The translations under genes and the position numbers were made by a program. Below are positions 8,097-15,663 of a stretch of 46,495 bases of DNA, piece after piece; positions within the stretch are counted from its first letter, which is position 1; each line of letters starts with the position of its first letter. The DNA lies in assembly GCA_049298935.1 (NCBI GenBank), contig JBAQWN010000002.1:1-46495 (forward strand), read 5' to 3'. The DNA comes from Minisyncoccia bacterium. GTDB taxonomy: Bacteria; Patescibacteriota; Minisyncoccia; Phycocordibacterales; Phycocordibacteraceae. The notes under the pieces were generated by a model. That model was not told the DNA's origin and did no database searches. It was given only the letters and a program-made list of their open reading frames with translations.

Positions 8097-11000
8097 AAAA
8101 GCCGTTTTACTCAGTGTCCTTGTAGCAGGTCTTTTACCACTCTTTCCATCTCGCGCAGAGGCGGTTGTTTTGGACAAAAGTTCGTATATTGTCGGAGACT
8201 CAATCATTGCTCCTGATGGTACTGGCCCGGTTGTGCTTTATAATCTCGGTACTGGAGAAACATATTTTGAAACATGGGGATTTGATCCGGGTGGAAATAT
8301 TAATTATTTCGGAATTTCATCTGGTAATTTTTCCCTTATCGAACTTACCACTTCGGGGATATGTCAGGGGCAAGCGTTGACGTATGTTGACTGCAAGTTA
8401 GCTCCGGAGTTCGTAGGTGAAGCTTTGTTTAGTGTCACCGATCCTCCTTCTAGCGGCAGGGCGGCTGAGCCAGCAGACAGAATTGTGCCGGTGCCGATCG
8501 CGGCTATTCAGTCGCCACTGAGAGGCGATGTGTTCTCACTCTTTGGGATTATTAACTACACCACGCTGAGCGCAACAAAAGTTAATCTCTATTATTCCAC
8601 CAGTACGGCTAACTGGGACGGCAGTTTCTTTATTGATCCTGCCGATAAGATGTTGATCGCGAGTGGTGTGCCAGAAAATGGTCCGTATACATGGAATACA
8701 AAAGGTCTTGCCCCAGGGAACTTCTATCGATTTATCGTTGATGCTCTGGGGACCTATGGTCGTATGGGGGAAGCGATTTCCGGCTTCTTCTCACTCGACT
8801 TCACTCCGCCGACCTTTATTGTGAAGGCGAACCCGCCCGTGACGCGCGGTAGCGACGTCACGGTGAGTGTCGATGCATCGAAGAATTTGAAAGTACCTCC
8901 GACGGTGACCGTAACTCAGGCGAGTGGTGTGGCCACGTCTCTTGAGATGAAAGGGCAGGGCAGTCATTACGAAGGAACGTATGTTATCAGCAAAGGGCAT
9001 GACGGCGTTGCGACGATCTCAGTGTCGGGTAGTGACGTGGCAGGAAATGTCGGGACGACGATACTCTCTGGCGGCACATTTGCGGTCGGTATTAACCCTC
9101 CACCTGTCCCGCATATTTCGTCGCCACAAAATAATACAGTGGTCGCGACTAGCACAATCGCAGTCACGGGTACGGTGCGTCCAGACACCATGGCGGTACT
9201 TGTGGTGAATGGTGTTGATACCTATACCGCGAGCTCGAGTTTGGACGGCACCTTTCATATTTCGGGCATCGTGTTGAGTAAAGATGCAAATAGGGGAGCG
9301 AACGTCTTTAGTATCGCGGCACGTGACCAGGCAGGGCTCATGAGCGAGGCGGTGCCGTTACAAATTAAATATAATATCGCACCGACCGTCGCCATTTCTT
9401 CTCCGGCAGACAAAGCGATCGTGGGCGCAACAACACTGCTTACGGTACAAGCAAAAGATGAAAATACCGACCCTCTCTTGTTTACCTATCAAATAATTCC
9501 AGCACAAAGTTTTGACGAGGCATCAGCCGCAACCACCTCATCAAGCACTGTCAAACACTCGGTGTTTGACAGTGCTTGGAATACTATCGGAGACGCGGTG
9601 CCGTCTGCGAATTTTTCATGGGACTCGACTGAGGTTGAGGATGGGCAATATTTCTTACGTGCCATAGCAGACGATGGTTTTGTGAAGGTGTATTCGACAC
9701 CAACTCCATTTTCAATCCACAACACCATTTCGTTCTTCCGTTTTGAAGATGGTAGAAAGACGGTGACGAATCGGTTGTCCGCGACTATCGTCGGACACGC
9801 CCTTTCACCGGTTACGATCTCACCGCGCCCGGCGATTGTCTCTGTCGAATATAGCCTCAATAATGGTGTGAAGTGGAGCCCAGTTTCAATAACGTCTGGA
9901 GAAGGCAGTGCTAACGTGACATTCTCACTCGCCCTCACGAAGCTTGCTGAAGGAACACAAAATATCGTGTGGCGGGTTAAAGATAGTCGAGGTCTCTACG
10001 GTCGCGCGAGTCATCCGGTCATTGTCGATCTGACACCACCCGCCGTGCCAATAGTGAATAGTCCTGCGAATAATGCCTTTATCACAAATGCAGATGATGA
10101 AGACGCTTCACAAAGCGGATTGCAGATAAGTGTTACGGGAACGGCAGAGCCGCAGAGTATGGTCACGTTGCAGTCAGCGAGTACGACCCTGACAGCGCGG
10201 GCATCTATAGATGGTGTGTTTACGTTCCGTGCTGTTGATATGCAGCGTGGGACAAATCAGTTCACGGTAACTGCAAAAGACGAGGCGGGGAACGCGAGTG
10301 TGTCGCGGATAGTGCGTGTCGTATATGACAATCCTCCGACGGTGACTATTCTCACGCCGAAGCCGTTCCGTGGGCTCACGGGGAAAGCGAGTGTCTCATG
10401 GAGTGTAAGTGATATCGACGGTGACAAGATACAGCAGGTTAGACTCGAATATCGTCGCGGCTCAGGAGCGTTCATCCCTCTCGACCTTGTCAAACACTCG
10501 GTGTTGGACACCCCGCACATTTTTGATGTGAGGGATTTTCCCGAAGCGGCTGATTATCAACTGCGACTCTCGGCAGGTGACGGTATAGCGACGGGCACGG
10601 ATCTGGTGAGTTTTTCGGTCGATCGAACTCCACCAACCCTTTCTTCTTTTACTCTCGACACGTCGGTGGTTGGGAAGGGTGGTACGCTCACCGGACATGG
10701 CAAAGCGTATGACGCACTCTCGGGTATTGAATATGTCGAATACGCAATTGCTGAGGGTGCGCCGTCGACATTCTCCACCGCGCTCCTCACGAATGGTTTC
10801 TTGCAGAATAACGCCACATTTTCGCTCGCTCATCCGACAACGCTCATAGACAGTACCTATACTGTGTATGCTCGCGCGGTCGATGCCGCTGGGAATGTAT
10901 CGCCCCAAGCGTCGCGCACTGTCCTCGTCGATATGGCACCACCATCAATCGGCAGTTTCGACGTGCTTGTGCAGGGTGCGCGTGTCAGTCCAGACGAACA

Positions 11001-11343
11001 GGGCGTGATCGCACTTTATACGGGCGCACAATCATTGTTTGAAGTATCGCTTGAAGGAGATACGAAAACAGCATCGCTCTTTGTTGGTAGTACAGCTATC
11101 CCATTGAAGAAAGATATCGCTTCAGGATTGTGGCAGGTAGCGATTGACGTAGGTACTGCAGGAACGACAACACTAGCTATCAGTGCCGAAGACAATGTGC
11201 ACAATGCCGTCACGGGGAAACTCATTGGAGCGTTACATATCACTGATCGCCCGAGTGATGCGCCAGCACAGCCTTCGACAGGTGGAACAAGTGGTGTGTG
11301 GAAGTTTCTACAAGGTATTATCAATTATATCCTCTCGCTATGA
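8083..11343 (+). CDS. Large secreted Ig-like-domain repeat protein (1,086 aa)
   Basis: Start chosen at ATG 8083 because GGAGG (8070-8074) lies 8 nt upstream and the product then begins with a signal peptide (MSHFRKAVLLSVLVAGLLPLFPSRAEA). Domain-boundary motifs D-x-[TA]PP recur (DFTPPTF, DLTPPAVP, DRTPPTL, DMAPPSI), as do D-x-AGN motifs (DVAGNVG, DEAGNAS, DAAGNVS), both typical of bacterial Ig-like arrays. Confidence 0.75.
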   Translation: MSHFRKAVLLSVLVAGLLPLFPSRAEAVVLDKSSYIVGDSIIAPDGTGPVVLYNLGTGETYFETWGFDPGGNINYFGISSGNFSLIELTTSGICQGQALTYVDCKLAPEFVGEALFSVTDPPSSGRAAEPADRIVPVPIAAIQSPLRGDVFSLFGIINYTTLSATKVNLYYSTSTANWDGSFFIDPADKMLIASGVPENGPYTWNTKGLAPGNFYRFIVDALGTYGRMGEAISGFFSLDFTPPTFIVKANPPVTRGSDVTVSVDASKNLKVPPTVTVTQASGVATSLEMKGQGSHYEGTYVISKGHDGVATISVSGSDVAGNVGTTILSGGTFAVGINPPPVPHISSPQNNTVVATSTIAVTGTVRPDTMAVLVVNGVDTYTASSSLDGTFHISGIVLSKDANRGANVFSIAARDQAGLMSEAVPLQIKYNIAPTVAISSPADKAIVGATTLLTVQAKDENTDPLLFTYQIIPAQSFDEASAATTSSSTVKHSVFDSAWNTIGDAVPSANFSWDSTEVEDGQYFLRAIADDGFVKVYSTPTPFSIHNTISFFRFEDGRKTVTNRLSATIVGHALSPVTISPRPAIVSVEYSLNNGVKWSPVSITSGEGSANVTFSLALTKLAEGTQNIVWRVKDSRGLYGRASHPVIVDLTPPAVPIVNSPANNAFITNADDEDASQSGLQISVTGTAEPQSMVTLQSASTTLTARASIDGVFTFRAVDMQRGTNQFTVTAKDEAGNASVSRIVRVVYDNPPTVTILTPKPFRGLTGKASVSWSVSDIDGDKIQQVRLEYRRGSGAFIPLDLVKHSVLDTPHIFDVRDFPEAADYQLRLSAGDGIATGTDLVSFSVDRTPPTLSSFTLDTSVVGKGGTLTGHGKAYDALSGIEYVEYAIAEGAPSTFSTALLTNGFLQNNATFSLAHPTTLIDSTYTVYARAVDAAGNVSPQASRTVLVDMAPPSIGSFDVLVQGARVSPDEQGVIALYTGAQSLFEVSLEGDTKTASLFVGSTAIPLKKDIASGLWQVAIDVGTAGTTTLAISAEDNVHNAVTGKLIGALHITDRPSDAPAQPSTGGTSGVWKFLQGIINYILSL

Positions 11344-11891
11344 AACGCATCCTTATCGTTTTAAGTATCGTCATCGTCGTCCTCGGTGCGATATTCTCTT
11401 TCCTGTATTTCGGCGGATCATCACTGGTGCTGAGTGTGGTGGGGCAGGGGGACAGTGCACTCGTGCCGGGCGCCGGGCTCATAGGGAAGCGTCTGCCACA
11501 ATTCAATTTGTCGAATCTTGCGGGTAAACAGGTGCGTAGTGCCGACCTTGTCGGCACACCACTCGTTATTATGTTTTGGTCGACGTGGAATACGCAATCG
11601 GCTGATGAGATTCATATTCTTGACCAATATTTATCTAGCCAGAAATCTCTCGTAAGGGTTGTTGCTATTAATAGCCAAGAAGACTCCAGTGTCGTGTCGA
11701 CATTTATGCATCGTGGCGGATATCGGGTAGAGACTCTGCTTGATACTCGCGGTCTCGCGAGCGAGAATTATGCTATTAAAGGTATGCCTGCTTTTTATTT
11801 TATTGATCGCACGGGTGTGATCCGAGAAGTGCACTCGGGAGTACTTAGTCAGGACGCACTTATGAACATGATAGAAAAAATCCTGCCCTAA
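11340..11891 (+). CDS. Membrane-anchored TlpA/ResA-like thioredoxin-fold protein lacking the CxxC active site
   Basis: ATG 11340 overlaps the upstream TGA (ATGA). N-terminal TM. It aligns by eye with TlpA-like redoxins (LPQFNLSNLAGKQV.., PLVIMFWSTW.., YAIKGMPAFYFIDRTGVI), but WCxxC is replaced by W-N-T-Q-S (nt 11589-11600). Confidence 0.7.
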   Translation: MKRILIVLSIVIVVLGAIFSFLYFGGSSLVLSVVGQGDSALVPGAGLIGKRLPQFNLSNLAGKQVRSADLVGTPLVIMFWSTWNTQSADEIHILDQYLSSQKSLVRVVAINSQEDSSVVSTFMHRGGYRVETLLDTRGLASENYAIKGMPAFYFIDRTGVIREVHSGVLSQDALMNMIEKILP

Positions 11892-11909
11892 ACCCTAGTC
11901 ACTTTGTGG

Positions 11910-11942
11910 ATGTCACTTGGCGGTGAAACCGCCAAGTGACAT
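11910..11942 (+). repeat. Palindromic element copy 1 (upstream flank)
   Basis: ATGTCACTTGGCGG-TGAAA-CCGCCAAGTGACAT: perfect 14-bp stem with a 5-nt loop. Core CTTGGCGGTGAAACCGCCAAG at 11916-11936. Confidence 0.95.
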
Positions 11943-11944
11943 TG

Positions 11945-11953
11945 TGATAGGAT
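11945..11953 (+). promoter_or_regulatory. Extended -10-like box TGATAGGAT, 7 nt upstream of ATG 11961
   Basis: It lies 2 nt after hairpin copy 1, so the hairpin covers the -35 region. No SD is present. Confidence 0.4.
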
Positions 11954-11960
11954 AGTAATA

Positions 11961-12623
11961 ATGAGTACGAGGAAAACGGTTTTTGCGAATGGAGAATTTT
12001 ATCACGTGTACAATCGTGGGGTTGATAAGAGAATTATTTTTTCCGACAATTACGACGCGCAAAGGTTCTTCAAGAGTATGGTTGAATTCAACACGGCCAA
12101 TCCGATCGGGAGCCTGTACGAGAATTCATTTCATCAATTTGGCGGTGAAACCGCCAAGTCAGAAAAGAGGTTAGTTAATATCATTGCGTACTGTCTTAAC
12201 GTAAATCATTTTCACATCATCTTGGAGCAATTGATTGATGGCGGTATTAGTGAGTTTATGAAAAGAATCGGAGGGTACACATGGTACTTCAATAATAAAT
12301 ATAAAAGGAGCGGGTCTTTGTTTCAGGGGGCATTTAGAGATGTTCATATTGATTCGAACGAGTATCTTCTTCATGTAAGTGCATATGTAAATTTAAATGA
12401 CCGTGTTCATCAACTTGGCGGTGAAACCGCCAAGTTGATCGCGAATATGTCGAGCTGGGAAGAGTATACGGACAATGGGCTTAAGGGAATTTGCAAAAAG
12501 GAAATTATTTTAGGACAATTTAAAAATATTGATGAGTACAAAGAGTATGCACTCTCGTCGCTGGAATCAATTATAAAAAGAAAAGAAGATTTGAAAGATC
12601 TCGATAAGTTTCTACTCGAGTAG
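11961..12623 (+). CDS. HUH-Y1 transposase-like protein (IS200/IS605 TnpA / REP-associated tyrosine transposase family)
   Basis: N-terminal FYHVYNRG. HUH motif NHFHIIL (H83, H85). KRSGSLFQGAFR block. Tyr region SAYVNLN (Y142), corresponding to the YIHLNP of COG1943-type proteins. Confidence 0.75.
   Translation: MSTRKTVFANGEFYHVYNRGVDKRIIFSDNYDAQRFFKSMVEFNTANPIGSLYENSFHQFGGETAKSEKRLVNIIAYCLNVNHFHIILEQLIDGGISEFMKRIGGYTWYFNNKYKRSGSLFQGAFRDVHIDSNEYLLHVSAYVNLNDRVHQLGGETAKLIANMSSWEEYTDNGLKGICKKEIILGQFKNIDEYKEYALSSLESIIKRKEDLKDLDKFLLE
12137..12159 (+). repeat. Palindromic element copy 2 (inside the transposase CDS, in frame)
   Basis: TTTGGCGGTGAAACCGCCAAG at 12138-12158. Perfect 7-bp stem, plus one G-U wobble and one A-T pair, with loop TGAAA. 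Translated as F-GGETAK-S (aa 60-67). Confidence 0.95.
12409..12439 (+). repeat. Palindromic element copy 3 (inside the transposase CDS, in frame)
   Basis: ATCAACTTGGCGG-TGAAA-CCGCCAAGTTGAT: perfect 13-bp stem. Core at 12414-12434. Translated as L-GGETAK-L (aa 152-159). Confidence 0.95.
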
Positions 12624-12651
12624 TCACTTGGCGGTGAAACCGCCAAGTGAT
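12623..12651 (+). repeat. Palindromic element copy 4 (downstream flank, starts in the stop codon)
   Basis: TCACTTGGCGG-TGAAA-CCGCCAAGTGA: perfect 11-bp stem (12624-12650) plus a G-T wobble. Core at 12627-12647. The TAG stop is at 12621-12623. Confidence 0.95.
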
Positions 12652-12701
12652 GAGGGTGGACGTGCTGTGCATAATGTCACTAACATAGCGTGGTGAGGGG
12701 C

Positions 12702-12707
12702 TATAAT
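12702..12707 (+). promoter_or_regulatory. -10-like TATAAT, 11 nt upstream of ATG 12719
   Basis: Consensus hexamer in the 95-nt intergenic region. No SD between it and the ATG. Confidence 0.4.
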
Positions 12708-12718
12708 GAACGAACAGC

Positions 12719-14212
12719 ATGTCACTCTATTTCTTTGCAAATAATATCCACTTCGCGCTCGCACTTCTTGGTGCTGTTGTGATGTTTATGGCGGCATGGC
12801 TCACCTTCGACACCTACTCAGTGAGCAAGGAGACGAGAATACTCTTCCGAACGCTTGGCTTTGCGCTCTTCGCTTTGTGGCAGATTATCATAGCGGTCGC
12901 TAGCGGGAACGACGTGCTGTCATTTGTCGGATTCTCCATTCTTATCATCGGGCTCTTGTGCCTGCTTGGGAGTTTCTTTGGTGGCGAACAGCTTGCGATG
13001 CCCGCAGTTCTTATTATTCCGTCATTCGCGACCTTCGCTCCCGCGCTCTCTGCGGTCGAGGCATTTCTCCTTATCGCCATTGCTCTTGTTGCGTATCGAC
13101 TCTCAAAAAGGGAGTTCAATAAGACGTGGAAGTCGTTCTATGTCGCCTTCGCTCTCCTCGGCATAAGCCAAATCTTTTTAATAGGCGCGCACGGAGATAG
13201 TGCAAGTCTCTTCGCTCTCGCGAGCGAGGCGCTCTCGCTCGCGGGATTCCTCTACCTCTTTGCCTGGGTGTGGCAGTTTCTTGCACTACGCATCCGTGAA
13301 AGCTTGGTAATTATTTTTATCTCGGCGGCAATCTTCCTTTCGACGGTTGTGACGCTCGCGTTTTCAACTATTCTTATCGCGCAGATAACGAGTCAGACAC
13401 AGACAAGTCTCCTGACCGACGCGCGCGTGCTTGATCTCGATATTCAGGCATTGAAGCAAGCATCACTTGTTGAAGCAACTCTCCTTGCGATGGATCCACA
13501 GCTCATGAGTGCTCTCGCCACAAATGATTTCAAAACACTCCAAGCAAAAACAGAAAGTTTTATGGAGAAATATAATCTCGGCTTCGTTACCGTTACCGAT
13601 GCGCAAGGCACCGTGCTTATCCGCGCGCATGCACTCTCACAGCGCGGCGACTCTCTTGTGGGAGAGCGAGCCTTTGAAGAGGCTCGGGCGGGTGTGGCCT
13701 TTGTCACGATAGAGGAGAGTCCGGTAGAGAAACTCTCTATCCGCGCCGGTGCGCCGGTAGAGCAGAAAGGGAAGGTTATAGGCACAGTCGTCGCTGGCTA
13801 CCCGCTCGACAACGCTCTTGTTGACGGCATCAAGCGCGTGACGGGTCTCGATATGTTTATCTACCAAGGTGCAGTGTCGGTCGCCGCAACAGCCTTTGCG
13901 CGCGACGGGAGCACTCGACTTACCGGCTTGCCACTTCAGGACTCTGCAACCGAGCAGTCGGTGTTGGTTGGTGGAGAGAGCGTTACGACTCACGTGAGCA
14001 TCAGAGAACAATCGTTCCTCTCGAGCTATCTGCCGCTCACAAATGGCGACGGTAAGATTGTCGGTATGCTGTCGGCGGCGAAGCCCGAGCAGGATATTCT
14101 CGATCTCGTAAATGCTACCAACCAGCTCACGCTCATAACGATTATTATCGTTATGCTCGTGTTGACCTTCCCGATCTATATCTTCGCGAAGCGACTGACC
14201 GATGAGGCATAA
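12719..14212 (+). CDS. Multi-TM membrane protein with an extracytoplasmic Cache/PDC-like sensor region and no output domain
   Basis: About 7 hydrophobic helices in aa 1-225. Then a ~235-aa soluble alpha/beta region, one terminal TM (LTLITIIIVMLVLTFPIYIF) and a stop 9 aa later. The Cache assignment is by architecture only. Confidence 0.55.
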   Translation: MSLYFFANNIHFALALLGAVVMFMAAWLTFDTYSVSKETRILFRTLGFALFALWQIIIAVASGNDVLSFVGFSILIIGLLCLLGSFFGGEQLAMPAVLIIPSFATFAPALSAVEAFLLIAIALVAYRLSKREFNKTWKSFYVAFALLGISQIFLIGAHGDSASLFALASEALSLAGFLYLFAWVWQFLALRIRESLVIIFISAAIFLSTVVTLAFSTILIAQITSQTQTSLLTDARVLDLDIQALKQASLVEATLLAMDPQLMSALATNDFKTLQAKTESFMEKYNLGFVTVTDAQGTVLIRAHALSQRGDSLVGERAFEEARAGVAFVTIEESPVEKLSIRAGAPVEQKGKVIGTVVAGYPLDNALVDGIKRVTGLDMFIYQGAVSVAATAFARDGSTRLTGLPLQDSATEQSVLVGGESVTTHVSIREQSFLSSYLPLTNGDGKIVGMLSAAKPEQDILDLVNATNQLTLITIIIVMLVLTFPIYIFAKRLTDEA

Positions 14213-14218
14213 AAATAT

Positions 14219-15658
14219 ATGAACATACGCACAAAACTCGCTCTCACCTTCTCCTTCGTCACCATCCTGATAGGGTCGGGAGTATTTCTATATCTCGATT
14301 CATATTTCACCACAGGACTGATCAGTAAAGTAGAAAACACTTTGCGTGTCGCGGCTGAAGGGAGCGAGGGCCTCTATTTCGGTTTTATAGAAAGTGTAAA
14401 CACGAGAACTGTTGATTGGGGCTCAGATGGTCATATTAGAAACACTACTCAAAAATTGGTTAGCCAGAAGACCTCTGCAAAAGAAAAGAGCGCTATCGCC
14501 ACTGAGCTCGGTGTGTATTTCAAAGAAAATAAAATGTTATATGATCCGACCGTTATCATAATGGACGTCTTGGATAGCAGGGGTATTGTTATCGCTTCGT
14601 CGCAAGAAAATAGAATTGGTCTCAATGATGGTGAAGAAGAAAAGGATCTCAAGATTAGATTTAGCGAGGCGATAAAGGCTTCTCTCGGTGAGTCTTTTGC
14701 TATTGACGCGAATAATGAGGGGTATGACGGTACCAATCGAACTACAAATGCTACAACACGAATTTTTTCTACTGACACTGGTGTTGACGGGGTTGTTCTA
14801 CCCCTGAATGCTGTCTTGCTACTACATTTCTCGAGGAACAATCAGATATCAGACATACTCACGGGCGCCTTTCAGATTAGTCTGGGAGCGCTCACGGGCA
14901 ATGCTCTTGCGCAGACGTATAGGAGTGAAGAGATATATTTGGTAGATAAAGAAGGCTCAATTATCACTAATCCTTCTAATACAAGAAGTGATCATCCTTC
15001 TCTTAATAAGAAAGTGAGCAAGTATTTGGTTGAGACGTGCTTTAAAGAAAACAGAGAAATAGCTGAAGAATATACAAATTATGATGGTGCTAAGGTCTTT
15101 GGCGCGACTATGTGCATCAAGAGGCATGGCGTTATGCTCGTTGCAGAAGTGCTGTCGAGCGAAGCTCTCGCCACACTTACTCAGACGAGGCGAACGATTA
15201 TTCTCGGCATCTTACTCACGGTCATGGCAACTATTGTGTGTAGCATACTATTTAGCAGTATCATTCTTAAACCCCTTGATACTATGGTGCTCGTCGCCAA
15301 AAATATTTCTCATGGGAAGTTCGACATGCGCGCACAGGTTAAGTCTAAAGATGAGTTCGGGTACCTCGCGACCGTGTTTAATGAGATGCTTGACGCTATT
15401 GAAAAATCGCGGCAGGGATTAAAAGAGGCTGAGGCACAGTTGAAGGACACTAATATTGCCCTTGAACAGCGAGTGAAAGAGCGCACGGCGGAACTAGATG
15501 AGCTGAAGTCTGGGCTAGAAGAAGAAGTTAATAAAAAGACAGGTCAATTGCAACAGAAACTGGCAGAATTGGAAAAATTCAAACAACTCACGGTCGGTCG
15601 AGAGCTGATGATGGTCGAATTAAAAAAAGAAATTTTAAAGTTAAAAGATAAATCTTAA
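14219..15658 (+). CDS. TM-sensor-TM-HAMP-coiled-coil protein without kinase/MCP/GGDEF output
   Basis: TM1 LALTFSFVTILIGSGVFLYL, then a ~290-aa extracytoplasmic region, then TM2 IILGILLTVMATIVCSILFSSIIL. HAMP-like segment KPLDTMVLVAKNISHGKFDMRAQVKSKDEFGYLATVFNEMLDAI. Signalling-helix-like coil (LEQRVKERTAELDEL...) to the C-terminus. Confidence 0.7.
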   Translation: MNIRTKLALTFSFVTILIGSGVFLYLDSYFTTGLISKVENTLRVAAEGSEGLYFGFIESVNTRTVDWGSDGHIRNTTQKLVSQKTSAKEKSAIATELGVYFKENKMLYDPTVIIMDVLDSRGIVIASSQENRIGLNDGEEEKDLKIRFSEAIKASLGESFAIDANNEGYDGTNRTTNATTRIFSTDTGVDGVVLPLNAVLLLHFSRNNQISDILTGAFQISLGALTGNALAQTYRSEEIYLVDKEGSIITNPSNTRSDHPSLNKKVSKYLVETCFKENREIAEEYTNYDGAKVFGATMCIKRHGVMLVAEVLSSEALATLTQTRRTIILGILLTVMATIVCSILFSSIILKPLDTMVLVAKNISHGKFDMRAQVKSKDEFGYLATVFNEMLDAIEKSRQGLKEAEAQLKDTNIALEQRVKERTAELDELKSGLEEEVNKKTGQLQQKLAELEKFKQLTVGRELMMVELKKEILKLKDKS

Positions 15659-15663
15659 GATCT

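Larger units (their letters stand above)
11896..12651 (+). mobile_element. IS200/IS605-like or REP-associated (RAYT-like) unit: HUH-Y1 transposase gene bracketed by identical hairpins
   Basis: A ~0.75-kb unit. The left hairpin is at 11910-11942 and the right hairpin at 12623-12651, with the same sequence and the same orientation (loop TGAAA). TAGTCACTT occurs at both 11896-11904 and 12621-12629. Confidence 0.6.

Noticed and set aside
1-11343. Prophage or phage-tail-like particle locus, suggested by the tail-fibre-like giant protein
   Set aside because: No capsid, portal, terminase, sheath/tube, baseplate or integrase genes are present in the window. The neighbours are envelope proteins.
11341-11343. 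UGA recoding (code 25-type) as in some candidate phyla
   Set aside because: TGA terminates well-conserved proteins at the expected lengths (ATGA junctions at 11340, 19901, 29367, 31619 and 32947). I noticed no interruption of the recognisable protein sequences by in-frame TGA.
11910-12651. Four identical ~30-nt palindromes as a possible CRISPR array
   Set aside because: The spacings are 222, 276 and 213 nt, far longer than CRISPR spacers. Two copies are translated inside an intact ORF, and no cas genes are present.
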